Source: Chiloscyllium plagiosum
Taxonomy: Eukaryota
Direction of reading: 5' to 3'
NCBI RefSeq assembly: GCF_004010195.1
Contig: NC_057754.1
Coordinates: forward strand, 12,571,553-12,595,530
Length of the DNA: 23,978 nt
Part shown: piece after piece, positions 1 to 10,657 of the stretch
Position numbering within the stretch: position 1 is the stretch's first letter
Layout of the letters: each line of letters opens with the position of its first letter
Made by a program: the position numbers and the translations under genes
The notes under the pieces: generated by a model
What the model was told of the DNA's origin: nothing
Database searches by the model: none
Seen by the model: only the letters and a program-made list of their open reading frames with translations

Positions 1-178
1 ATCTGCCGAGGCTGTGGATAATCCAAAGAGATTCTACAAGTACATATTGAGGCAAAAGAGCAACTACAGAGAGTGACGGGCACCTTAAAGATCAAGGAGG
101 TTGTCTTTGTGTTGAAACTCGGGAGCTGGGAGAGATAGCAAATGAATATTTTGCGTCAAGTTTTTGCTGTGGAGAAAG
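1..178 (+). mobile_element. CR1-type LINE ORF2 fragment (linker upstream of RT); appears to continue at ~723
   Basis: Decayed NPKRFYKYI...LKDQGGCLCVE...NEYFAS coding, homologous to the start of the 11167-12582 ORF. Confidence 0.8.
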
Positions 179-299
179 CTAGCCAAATGTTCACTCTCCA
201 TTTATAAAGCTGGACAGTTCCTGTTGCCGAACTATTTGACCAAGGGTGAATGAAACCAAGACTACTCTTTGTGGCTTTATGCTATACTTAGAGTCTTCC

Positions 300-722
300 T
301 GTTCCCAGGACTGGCGGGTTTGAGCTGAGTTATGAGGGGGACTGGATAGGATGGGATCTTTTACTCTGAAGCATAAGAGGTTGCAGAGTGACTTTATAGA
401 GGTTTATAAGATCTTGAGTGATATCAATAAGGTATTTTTGCTTGGATTGGGGAGTCTAAAACTAGTGGGTAGATTTTTTAAGATGAGGGGGAAAAGATTG
501 AAAATGGAACCAAGGGGCAATCTTTTCACACAGAGGATGGTTTGTGTATGGAATGAATTGCCAGAAAGAGTGATAGATGCAAGTACTGTTACGAAATTGA
601 AAACACATTTGGACAGGTACATGAATAGGAAATGTTTAGAGGGATATGGACCAAATCAAGCAAGAAGGGCTAGTTCAATTTGGGAAACAGTGTCGGCATG
701 GACAAGTTGGACTGAAAGAGGT
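300..722 (+). mobile_element. CR1-type LINE 3' fragment
   Basis: ORF 351-749 contains RGNLFTQRMVCVWNELP...LDRYMNRKCLEGYGP, the CR1 ORF2 C-terminus, followed by 3' UTR-like ggcatggacaagttggactgaa. Confidence 0.85.
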
Positions 723-2296
723 TACGTAACTCAGGGAAATAAATTGTGATGTTGAAAGCAGTTCACATTACAGGAGAGGAAGTGCTGGAGGTCTTAGAAA
801 TTACAAAAGTGGATAAATCTCTGATATCTGATATAGCGTATCCCAGGGCATTGAGGGAAGTTCAGGAGGAAATTGCAGGCTCCTTCCAGAAATATTTGTA
901 TCATCTATAAATATGGGTGAGGTGCCAAATGACAGGCAAGTGACTAATGTTGTGCCTTTGTTTCAGAAGGGATTTTGGGAGCAGGCAGGGAACTTTAGAC
1001 CCGCGAGTCTGACTTTGGTGGTGGGCAAGTAGTTGGACGTGATTCTGAAAGATAGCATTTGGAAAGGCAAGAAATGATCAGGGATCATCAACATGGTTTT
1101 GGGAGAGGGAAATCGCGTCTCATAAATTTGATTTTTTTTTGAGGCAGTAACCAAAAGGATTGATGAGGCCAGAACAGTATACATTGTTTACTTGGGATTT
1201 TGTAAAGCCTTTAACAAGTCCACATGGTAGACTAATGAGTAAAGTTAGATCACAGGGGCATTAGGGTGTGCTTGTCAACTGGATACAAAATTCGCTTAAC
1301 TACAGGAGAAGAGATATGATAGTGCAGGGTTGTCTTTTGGACTGGAGGCCTGTGACTAGCGTTGTTCCACAGGGATCACTTTTGTTTGTCACTGAAACGA
1401 ATGATATAGTGGAGAAAATAGAAAGCATGGTTAGTCAGTTTGCGGATGACACCAAAATTGGTGGCAGTGAATAAAGTTATCTAAGATTACAAAGAGAAAC
1501 TGATCAATTGGCTCTTTAATTTGGATAAATGCACGGCACTGAATTTTGGTAAAACAAACATGGGAGGTAGGATTTACCCAATTAAAAGTATGGCCTTGTA
1601 TAGAACAAAGAGACTCAGGGGATCAGTTACCTATCTCTTTGAAGTTGATGTCACATGTCACAGGGTGGTTAAGTTGGCTTCAGTATGCTTACCTTCATTG
1701 GTCACACCTTTTGCATTGGAGTTGGGACATCATGTTGAGGTTGTACAGGATGTTGGAGGGACCTCTTCTGGAGTAGTAGTGTCGAGTTCTGGTCACTCTG
1801 TTATAGGAAGGACATTATTGAGCTGGAGAGAGTTCAGACGAGATTTACCAGGATGTAACTGTGACTGGAGGCACTGAGTTATAAGGAGAGGCTGGATAGC
1901 CTGGGACTTCTTCACAGGAGCATGGAGGTAGAAGTTGACCTTCCAGAGGTTTATACAATTCTGCATAGTACAATTACGATCAATTGCAAGTGTCCTTTGC
2001 CTCAGGTGGGGGATTTCAAAACAAGGTGGCATATTTTTAAGGCGAGAGGAGAAAGATTTTAGAAAGGACACAAAGGGTATTTTTTTTTAAAAACACAGTG
2101 TTTCGTATGTGGAATAAACTTCCAGAGGAAGTGGTAAATGTGGGTACAGTTACAATGTTTAAAAGATATTTGGATAAGTACATGAATAGGAAAGATTTAG
2201 AGGGATGTGCGCCAAGTACGGGCAGGTTAGGAATATGATCAGCATACACTTGTTAAACCGAGGGGTCTGTTTTCATGCTGTCTGATGCGATGACTC
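723..2296 (+). mobile_element. Decayed CR1-type LINE, RT domain through 3' end
   Basis: VPQGS and SQFADDTKIGG RT motifs (1268-1474), C-terminal WNKLPEEV region, 3' tail ending tctgatgcgatgactc; many frameshifts. Confidence 0.88.
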
Positions 2297-2690
2297 AGAC
2301 TGAAATTTACAGAACACTGAGTGGTCTGGATAGAATCACTGTAGAGAAAATGTTTCAAGGAGTATGAGATACCAGAACCCGAAGGCATAGCCTCAGAGTG
2401 AAGCAACAACCCTTTTGAACTGAGGTGAGGAGGAATTTCTTCAGCAAGAGGGTGGTGATGGTGTGGAACTCACTGCTATAGGGGGCTGTGGATGCTAAGT
2501 CACAGTTTATTTATGAAGATATAAAGATGTTTTTAATTGGTGAGGCAGATCAATGGTTATGGCAGAAGGTAATAGGCAGGAGAATGGACTTGAGAAACAT
2601 GTCAGTCATAATCAAATGGAGGAGCAGACTTGATGGGCCAAATGGCCCAATTCTGCTCCTTTTTCTTGTCATCTTATGGTTATTATGGGT
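2297..2690 (+). mobile_element. CR1-type LINE 3' fragment (different subfamily)
   Basis: aggaggaatttcttcagcaagagggtggtg (RRNFFS.RVV) and 3' hairpin ggagcagacttgatgggccaaatggcccaattctgctcc. Confidence 0.8.
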
Positions 2691-3290
2691 GATTTAGATT
2701 GAGCAAATCAAATCAGTACCTATACCATCGAGGAGACATTCCTGGAATTTTAAATGAGATGGTTTTTGGATTGATACATTAAGGACCCAAATGGAGGTCA
2801 GGCCATCCTTGACTGCATTCTGTGTAATGGCTGGGAGTGGGCTGGCTCTTTTGGGTGAACGGCTAATTTCTGATGCAGAGTGACATCAATAGCATGTGCT
2901 CAATCCCTGTACCAGCTGAGGTCAAAGCACCGTCAGTTGTCTCTCTCCCCTACACTTCCTCTGGTAAGACAGCAGTCCAATGATCTTCTGGGACTGTGGC
3001 AAGTTTAATTTCAAAATTTTAATAGTGTAATGAGAAGGGAATAATTTGCAAACTCACTGTGTGAGGCCCTTTGAGCAAGAGTGAAGAACTCTGCATGATG
3101 GAGAGTGGCAAAATTGATTTGGAGACGACGGGTCAAAATATAAATAGAGAAAATTACGATGATAGGAGACAATAATTTGGGGAACGTATCTTAAAGGGAT
3201 GACAAACATTTAAACAGCATTTAGAGGAGCGATGGCTGTTATTCATTCTGGCTGACACAAAATAAAACAGGGGATGGGAACCTGAGGTGT
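2691..3290 (+). mobile_element. Old CR1 LINE, endonuclease/linker part (5' half of a copy that resumes at ~6009)
   Basis: AILDCILCNEKGII-like APE C-terminal coding once the 2830-3024 insert is removed; breaks at aaaataaaacagg. Confidence 0.7.
2830..3024 (+). mobile_element. Short degenerate SINE-like insertion
   Basis: 8-bp TSD GTGTAATG at 2822-2829 and 3025-3032; degenerate B-box-like tgctcaatccc; host CR1 frame rejoins across it. Confidence 0.65.
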
Positions 3291-6008
3291 AGTTCCAGTG
3301 AATAGGAGGATGAATAGGGAGGGCATGGAAAGGATTTCATGGTCACAGGAATGTGCTGGCAGACAGTAAACTGGTTTGAAGTGCGTCTACTTCAACACCA
3401 GAAGTATCCGAAATAGGGTAGGTGAGCTTGCAGCATGGATAGGGACCTGGGACTTCGATGGTGTGGCCATTTTGGAGATATGGATAGAGCAGAGTCAGGA
3501 ATGGATGTTGCAAGTTCCAGGGTTTAGATCTTTCATTAAGAACAAGGAAGGTAGTAAAAGAGGGGAGGTGTGGCCTCCCCACAACGTAGCTGAAAGACCT
3601 TTTGACGAGGACTCATCTACTGAGGTGGTATGGGTTAAGGTTAGAAACAGGAGAGGAGAGGTCACACGGCTGGAAATTTATTTTATTTCGACCTCCGCAG
3701 AGTTCCAGGGATATGGAGGAGAGGATCAGCAAAAACAATTCAGGGTAGGATTGAAAGAAACAGGGTGGTCATTATAGGGGACTTTAACTTGCCCAACATT
3801 GGCTGGAAATGCTATAACTCTAATACGTCAGATGGATCAGTTTTTGTCCAATGTGTGCTGGAGGGTTTCCTGACAGTATGTCGAAGGGCCGACAACAGGG
3901 GAGCAGACACTGGATCTGGTGCTTGGTAATGAACCAGGCCAGGTGTTTGATTTAGTGGGAGGTGAGCACTTTGGAGAAAGTGACCATAATTCAGTTACGT
4001 TTAGTTTAGCGATGGAAAGGGACAGATACATGCCACAGGGCAAGAGTTATCAATGGGTCAAGGGCAACTGTCATGCGAATAGGCAAGACTTAGGATGCAT
4101 AGAATGGGGTAGCAAAATGCAGGGCATGGGGACAATACAAATGTGGAGCTGGTTTAAGGAACAGATATTGCAAGTCCATGGCAGGTATGTCCCTGTCAGT
4201 CAGGGAGGAAGTAATAAGGTAAGGGAACCTTGTTTTACTACAGAAATTGCACTTCTTGTTAAGCGGAAGAAGGAGGCTTACGTGCCGACGAGACGAGATA
4301 TTTCAGATGAGAAGAGTTATAAAGGAGAGCCCTAAAACTTTCTATAAGTATGTGAGGAATAACAGGATGACTAGGGTAGGAATACAGCCAGTCAAAGACA
4401 GCAGTGGGAAGTTGAGTGTGGACACTGTGGAGATTGGCAAGGTGCTAAACGACAATTTCTCATTGGTTTTCACTCAGGAAAGGGAGAATATTGTAGAGGA
4501 GAAGAATGAGATACAAGATATTAGACTAGAAAGTATCGAGGTTAGTAAGGAAGAGGTGTTATCAATTCTAGAAGGAGTGAAAGTAGACAAGTCCCTTGAG
4601 TCCAAGGACTCTGGGAAGCTAGGGAGGTGGTGTTGGAGCCTTTGGCTTTGATCTTTCCAGAGGACTGCAGGATTACAAATGTTATGCCCTTTTTCAAGAA
4701 GGGCAATAGAGATGACCCAGGCAATTATAGACCAGTTTGTTGCAGGAAAAGTTTTGGAAAGGATTATGAGAGATCGGATATATAATCATCAAGCAAGCAA
4801 CAATGATTGCAGATAGTGGACATGGTTTCATCGAGGGCAGGTCATGTCTCACAAACCTCTGAGTTTTTGAGAAGGTGACCAAGCATGTGGACAGGGGTAG
4901 GGCAGTTGATGTGGTGTATATGGACTTCGGTAAATACTTTGATACGGTTCCACATGGTAGGCTGATGGAGAAAATGCAGAGGCATGGGATTGAGGGTGAT
5001 TTAACAGTTTGGATTAGAAATTAGCTTTCTGTAGTGGTGATTGATGGAAAATATTCAGCTTAGGGTCCGATTACTAGAGGTGTGCCACAAGGATCTGTTT
5101 TGGGACCACTGCTGTTTGTCATTTTTATAAATGACTTAGGCATATGTGGATGAGTTATTAAGTTTGCAGATGACAGTAAAGTTGGTGGAATAGTGCACAG
5201 TGAGGAAGAATGTTACAGGTTGCAGGGGCACTTGGATAAACTGCAGAATTGGGCAAATGCAATTCAATGCAGATAAATGCAAGGTGATTCACTTTGGGAA
5301 GAATAACAGGAAGGCAGAATACTGGGTCCATGGAAATATTCTTGGTAGTGTGGATGTGTAGAGGGATCTTGGAGTCCATGTACAGATCCCTGAAAGTTGC
5401 CACCCATATTGAGAGTGCTGTTAAGAAGGCATACTTGTTAAGTTTTACTGGCAGAGAGATTGAATTCCGAAGCTGTAATGTCATGCTGCAACTATACAAA
5501 ATGCTAGTGCGGCCACACTTGGAATATTGTGTACAGTTCTGGTTGCCCCATTACAGGAAGGATGTGGAAGCATTGGAAAAAGGTGCAGAGGAGACTTACC
5601 AGGATGTTGCCTGGCCTGGAGGGAAGGTCTTATGAGGAAGAGATTTTGGGTTTGTTCTCATTGCAAAGGAGGAGGATAAGAGGGGATTCGATAGAAACAT
5701 ACAAGATGATCAAAGGATTAGATAGGGTAGACAGTGAAAGTCTTTTTCCTAGGATGATGACGTCGGTTTGTAAGAGGGGGCACAGCTACAAATTGAAGGG
5801 TGATAGATTTAAGACAGATGTCAGGAATGACCTCCCTGCCAATGTAGTTAACTCAGCCACATTAGCGAGATTTGAACAATCCTTGGATAAGCACACAGAT
5901 GATGATGGGATAGTATAGGAGGACAGGCTTAGATTAGTTCACAGGTCAGTGCAACATCAAGGATCGAAGGGCCTGTTATGCGTTGTATTGCTCTATGTTT
6001 TATGTTCT
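3288..6008 (+). mobile_element. CR1-type LINE ORF2 (APE + RT + 3' end), 5'-truncated, with internal deletions
   Basis: KCVYFNTRSIRN, GDFNLP, GESDHN (APE); VPQGSVLGPLLF and KFADDSK (RT); RPHLEYCVQFW; tail ctctatgttttatgttcta. Confidence 0.92.
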
Positions 6009-6217
6009 AAAAATGTGGCCCTGTCACAGCTAACAAGGAATATTAATGATAGTACTGGATCCAAGGAAGAGGTGCGCAAATTGGCTAAAAAGAACAGCAG
6101 ACCTGAAGACTTGGAGCAATTCAGATTTCAGCAAGAGAGGATCAAGTGATTAATTCAAAGGGAGAAATAAAGTCTTTGAGGAAGCTTGAGTGGAACATAC
6201 AGACTAACTTAAAACTC

Positions 6218-6367
6218 TGAGAAAGTGAGGACTGCAGATGCTGGAGATCAGAGCTGAAAAATGTGTTGCTGGAAAAGCGCAGCAGGTCAGGCAGCATCCA
6301 AGGAGCAGGAGAATCGACATTTCGGGCATAAGCCTTTCTTCCGTTTTTCCAGCAACACATTTTTTAA
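6218..6367 (-). mobile_element. Short Penelope-like terminal-repeat insertion with damaged hammerhead core and 20-bp inverted repeat
   Basis: 12-bp TSD AACTTAAAACTC (6206-6217, 6368-6379); minus strand GGAAGA-A-AGGC-TTAT-GCCC-GAAA-TGTC; perfect inverted repeat 6257-6276 / 6345-6364. Confidence 0.75.
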
Positions 6368-7344
6368 AACTTAAAACTCCTTAAGGTATAAGAAAAGAAA
6401 AAAGATAAATGAAAACGAATCAAGCAGGGGAAATTATAATGTGGAATAAGGATATGGCACATCAATTAACTATATATTTTGGTTCTATCACCACAAACGA
6501 TGAGACAGATAGTATCTCTAAATGCCTGGGGAATATGAGTGTGAGGAATTGAAGGACATCAATATTAGCAGGGAAATTAATGAATTAAAAACCAACAAAT
6601 CCAAACACCTGTTACTTCATACCCCAGTGTACTTAAAGGCACCCTAGATAAAGTGGATGCGTTCTGAAACCACATTTTTGAATCTCAATAGAGTAAAGTG
6701 ATTATCCTTCAAGATTCTATAGACTCTGATACAGTTTATATGGCTTGGCGGGTAGCTATTGTGACCCCACTATTTAATAAAGGAAGTAGAGAAAAAACAT
6801 GGAATGATAGACCAGTTAGCCTAACATTGGAAAACAGTGAGAGGATTGTACACAGTTAACATGGATTTACCAAAGGGAAATGAGAAACAACAGCTGATGT
6901 CCTTCAAAGTTGAACAAGTAAGCATGCAGGTGCAGCAGGAAGTGAGGAAGTCAAATGGTACGTTGGCCATTGCAGCGAGAGAATTTGAGTACAGGAACAG
7001 GGATATCTTGTTTAAATTTTACAGGGTCATGGTGAGACCATACTTGGAATGTTGTGTGCAGGTTTGGAATATTTATCTGATGAAGAATGTTCCGCATATG
7101 GAGGCTGTACAACCAAGGTTCAACAGATTGATTCCTGGGATAGTAGGACTGACATATGAGGACAGGATGGATTGGTTAGGATGAAATTCACTGAAGTTTA
7201 AAAGACTGAAATAGGATGTCATAAAAACTGATAAAATTCTCAAAGGACTAACAAGGTAAATATAGAAAGGATGCTCAATGAACAGGCAGTCCAGAACCAA
7301 GGGGAGGGGAGGGGAGGAGAAGGGGGAGGGGGATCACAGTTTAA

Positions 7345-7440
7345 GTTTGACTCAATACCTTTTTGAGAAGGAAATCTTGCTCTCCTTACCTCATCCGACC
7401 TGTGTAACTTCAAAATGCCAGCAATATGGTTTTGGACTGA
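7345..7440 (+). mobile_element. Possible old SINE fragment inside CR1
   Basis: gaaggaaatcttgctctccttacct...cagcaatatggtt resembles a common shark SINE body and interrupts CR1 homology. Confidence 0.4.
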
Positions 7441-7634
7441 GCTGACAAAAATTGTTTTAATCAGAGACTCGTGACCCTGCAGAATTTGCTACCATAGAAA
7501 ACAGTTAAGGCCGGAATATGGACTTTTTTCCAGGAAGATAGATAGATATAGTTGTGAGGGCTAAATGGATCAAAGGGTATGGGTCTAAAGTGGAAGCAGA
7601 CTAGAGTGAAGGATCAGCCATGATCATACTGTGT

Positions 7635-7957
7635 GGGCGGCACGGTGGCACAGTGGTTAGCACTGCAGCCTCACAGCGCCAGAGACCCGGGTTCAATTCC
7701 CACCTCAGGCGACTGACTGTGTGGAGTTTGCACATTCTCCCCGTGACTGCGTGGGTTTCCTCCGGGTGCTCCGGTTTCCTCCCACAATCCAAAAAAAAAG
7801 TGCAGGTTAGGTGAATTGGCCACGCTAAATTGCCCGTAGTGTTAGGTAAGGGGTAAATGTAGGAGAATGGGTCTGGGTGGGTTACGCTTCGGCGGGTCGG
7901 TGTGGACTTGTTGGGCCGAAGGGCCTGTTTCCACACTGTAGGTAATCTAATCTAATT
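7635..7957 (+). mobile_element. HE1-type V-SINE, full length
   Basis: tRNA head (A box TGGCACAGTGG, B box GGTTCAATTCC), V-domain GGGTTTCCTCCGGGTGCTCCGGTTTCCTCCCAC, LINE-like tail GGGCCGAAGGGCCTGTTTCC, (TAATC)n; probable TSD ATACTG at 7626-7631 / 7966-7971. Confidence 0.93.
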
Positions 7958-8093
7958 CAAAAAAAATACTGAATAGTGGAGCAGGATCAAACATCACAAC
8001 TTACTCCTGTTCCTATTTTCTATGTTTCTGTTCTGATAAAAGGTGAGACATAAAAAACAAAATGACTGTAACTGATACAGGTATCAGCCTTAC

Positions 8094-8204
8094 CTTATAA
8101 CTATTGGATGAAAATCCTCTAAGGAGGTGCAGAGTATTTTGGAAACTTCTGGTCTGGCTGCTCTGTCTCTCGCTTTTGATTCAGTTCTCAAATTGTTAAA
8201 TAAT
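8094..8204 (-). CDS. Candidate 111-bp internal exon (phase 2-2), LFNNLRTESKARDRAARPEVSKILCTSLEDFHPIVI
   Basis: Minus-strand acceptor GTTGTTTTTCTCAG| and donor AAG|GTAAGG; one stop-free frame; non-repetitive sequence. Coding status uncertain. Confidence 0.5.
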
Positions 8205-8639
8205 CTGAGAAAAACAACACTGTCCAGAGGAAATAAGAAAGCAGCTTTACAAGTTTGCGGACATTGGGGGGGGGTGGGACAGGGTGGGGAGGATGTATAA
8301 CTGGAGCAGTGAGAGAAACAATGATGTGGGTTTCGTGGTGGGGTGATGGGCAATGAACAACCGCAATTTCCAAACACCTCCATCCTGTTCAGTTCTCTCC
8401 CTCCACTCTCTCAGCCTCTTTCACAATGACAGCCAACTCAGTGACAAGGATGATCATGGGGACAGTTTTCCATCAATTTCAGTCACTAACACACATCTCC
8501 CAACAGCACACGGCACACACTCCTCAGTGAACATAGCAATAAATTAATCCAATAACTTTGGTTTTCAACTCCATTCACACCAAAGACAGATTAACCAATA
8601 GTGAAGCGATTAATTAAAAATCAAAACAAAACTGAACCA

Positions 8640-9190
8640 AGAATCGCGGCCGTTGACAAGGGCCTGTTTTTGGGAAGAAGCCGGAGGCTTTCTGCTGCTT
8701 AAATAGCAGCCCCGGAAACCTCATAATTGGGGCTAGAGCCCGACACTGATCAACCATGAAACCTTCTAACCAGAATGTAGCTCTGTCCGCTGCCCTCCCT
8801 TTTAAATTTCACTCACCGCCGACGCAAAATTTCTTTCCGAACATAGCGCGCATTCTCACAACCTCCTTTAACTGTGCGCATGCTGCAGTATTCGTCCCGC
8901 TTAACGGATTACGTCACACGGCCAGTGACACGCAAGGGGCGGGACTGGAGGACCGAGCTGGGGCTACTGGTCCTCCAAGCAGGGAAAGCGCGGCGGGAAT
9001 GTTGGCCAATCAGGAAATGTGGGTGGGTTCGAGCACCACCCTCTCTGTGTGAGTGAATTGCGGGGCCAGTGGGAGGCTCGCTGAAGACAGAACGTTGTTT
9101 CGGATGGGCGGGTTTGTTGTCACGTGTTCTCAGATGCAGGTCACATGAGACAGGGAGAAGTGAGCAATATCCCTACGCATAGCGGCATCT
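8640..9190. promoter_or_regulatory. CpG-rich TATA-less Pol II promoter
   Basis: Local CpG retention; ETS-like CCGGAA 8712-8717, NRF1-like TGCGCATGC 8875-8883, CRE-like TTACGTCA 8909-8916, GC boxes 8936-8944 and 9106-9112, GGCCAATCAG 9004-9013, E-boxes GTCACGTG 9119-9126 and GTCACATGA 9140-9148. Confidence 0.8.
8817..8881 (-). CDS. Candidate first exon (coding part MRTVKGGCENARYVRKEILRR)
   Basis: Donor GCG|GTGAGT (intron starts 8816); ATG at 8881-8879 with A at -3; phase 2 matches the 8094-8204 exon. Could instead be 5' UTR or lncRNA. Confidence 0.42.
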
Positions 9191-10048
9191 CAGTGACAAT
9201 GCACCCAGAAAGAAAACTCTTAAGTTACAGAAGGTGAAAAATAAATAAATCAGTGAAAATTTTCAGCACTGCAGTGTTCTCAGTATAAAAGAGAAAAAAA
9301 GAAATAGTTACAAAGTCAAACATTACAGATTTTCCTTAAACCGTGGGACTGCAGACGCTCCAAGCTGCGCTTCCCCCAAGTGGGCTTGCTCTTCCCTTCC
9401 CTGGCCATGCTTTCTCCTGTTTTAACAGTGATTTCACTCAAATGTAAGGGATTTTCTCAGCTTAGTCAAGGGCCTCCAGTTAGGTCAGAATCGCAGATGT
9501 TACTGGTGGAGAGGTCGGAGTTAACTAATAGTATCTGCAGATGGTCTCCATCATTACCATCCTCGCTTTTCCCCTCTTAAGTCACACAGGAACAGCTATG
9601 AAATCTGTCTGTGAATCCACTTGGGGTTCTTCATGGAAGCTGTTTGATTTTTCATGACATTCTAGTTAGCACTGGTCTCTTCCTTCCGAGGCTCAATGTC
9701 AGTAGGGGAAGGGAACTTGGAGAGGTTGTGAGTTTCTTTCTGACTATGATGGACAGATTTTCAATATTTCTTTAACTCTCTGACTTTATCTGACCCCTCG
9801 CCTGAGCGCCTGTGACCACATGCGTGACCGAGGACATGAGTAGAACCTGTCAACTTTAAAGTGCCACTGTTCGGTGAACGTAAAGCCACACCTACAAACA
9901 TGTCATCCATTCAGTCCAATTTCAATCTTCAACCACCAACTGGGATATAAATCCCCTGAACAGGAGAGAAACACACTCAATGTGATGGCACTGCAAGTGG
10001 AATGAAGAGTCAATGTTCAGAACAAAAAGCAAGGTTTCAAAGGATCAT

Positions 10049-10120
10049 TGTCCAATGAGGGTGTCAAACACACGACCTGAGATTAAAAATCTCCTACTCT
10101 CCAAACTGAGGTAGCTGGAC
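10049..10120 (-). pseudogene. Decayed tRNA-Lys gene (CTT-type body, anticodon now reads TTT)
   Basis: Minus strand GTCCAGCTACCTCAGTTTGGAGAGTAGGAGATTTTTAATCTCAGGTCGTGTGTTTGACACCCTCATTGGACA aligns end to end with vertebrate tRNA-Lys(CTT), about 18 substitutions + 1 deletion by eye; T5 run at 10028-10024 downstream. Confidence 0.78.
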
Positions 10121-10657
10121 ACGCAGTCAGGTTAGAACCACATTTCTTATCAAGGCCATTTAATTGTTTAAAATTGTTGTGATGTATTAAATTGACCACC
10201 AGAGGCCCACGGCGCCAATGCTTTCAGCTGAAAACTCAGTGAAATCATTGAGAATTCACTTTGTTTTTGCTTCCTCTCAACATTGACATCGAGTTTTATC
10301 AGCATCTCTTGCTGGATTTAATGTTGTCTGGTTTGTGTCTTTCTTTTTAAAGCAAATTCACTTCAATATCAACAAATTTGACAGACGAACAACAGAAAAT
10401 GCGATACTCACTAATGCACATCCCCAGCGTTCGCATTCAAATTTGCAAAGGTCAGTCTTTAAATAAAATAAAGTAATTGAACAGTTGAAAACTTTTAGAA
10501 AGTTGGTGAACAATTTTTATGGTTGACTCTGACAGACCTTTGGAAATGCTGCTAAGAGGTTCGTGATCAGGACATTATCTCCCTCAGTTTTCCTGAGCCT
10601 GTTCTTGGTGCATTGGGAGGTTGGCCCGGGTTGCAGATTCTCACATACCAATTCTCA

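Larger units (their letters stand above)
6009..8034 (+). mobile_element. Old CR1 LINE, 3' half (continuation of 2691-3290); most of RT core deleted near 6880
   Basis: LTRNI.DS..SKEE...PEDLEQFRFQQ; RPYLECCVQVW; 3' end gatcagccatgatcatactg...cctattttctatgtttct. Confidence 0.8.

Noticed and set aside
179..299. Unassigned 120-bp stretch between CR1 pieces
   Set aside because: No convincing splice sites, RNA motif or repeat identity visible.
7300..7333. G-rich runs (also 8266-8292 and G13 at 20453-20465) as G-quadruplexes
   Set aside because: Simple low-complexity tracts with no evidence of function.
7601..7936. ORFs starting MWKQALRPNKST (also 10641-10826)
   Set aside because: Antisense translations of HE1 SINEs.
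9021..9041. GGGTGGGTTCGAGCACCACCC hairpin resembling a tRNA T-arm/B box
   Set aside because: No A box, D arm or acceptor stem, and a mismatch to the B-box consensus.
8756..9056. Plus-strand 98- and 60-aa ORFs
   Set aside because: Expected by chance in GC-rich promoter DNA; no recognisable domain.
10192..10210. CTCF-like TGACCACCAGAGGCCCAC
   Set aside because: Mismatches in the conserved GGC core; cannot be supported without ChIP data.
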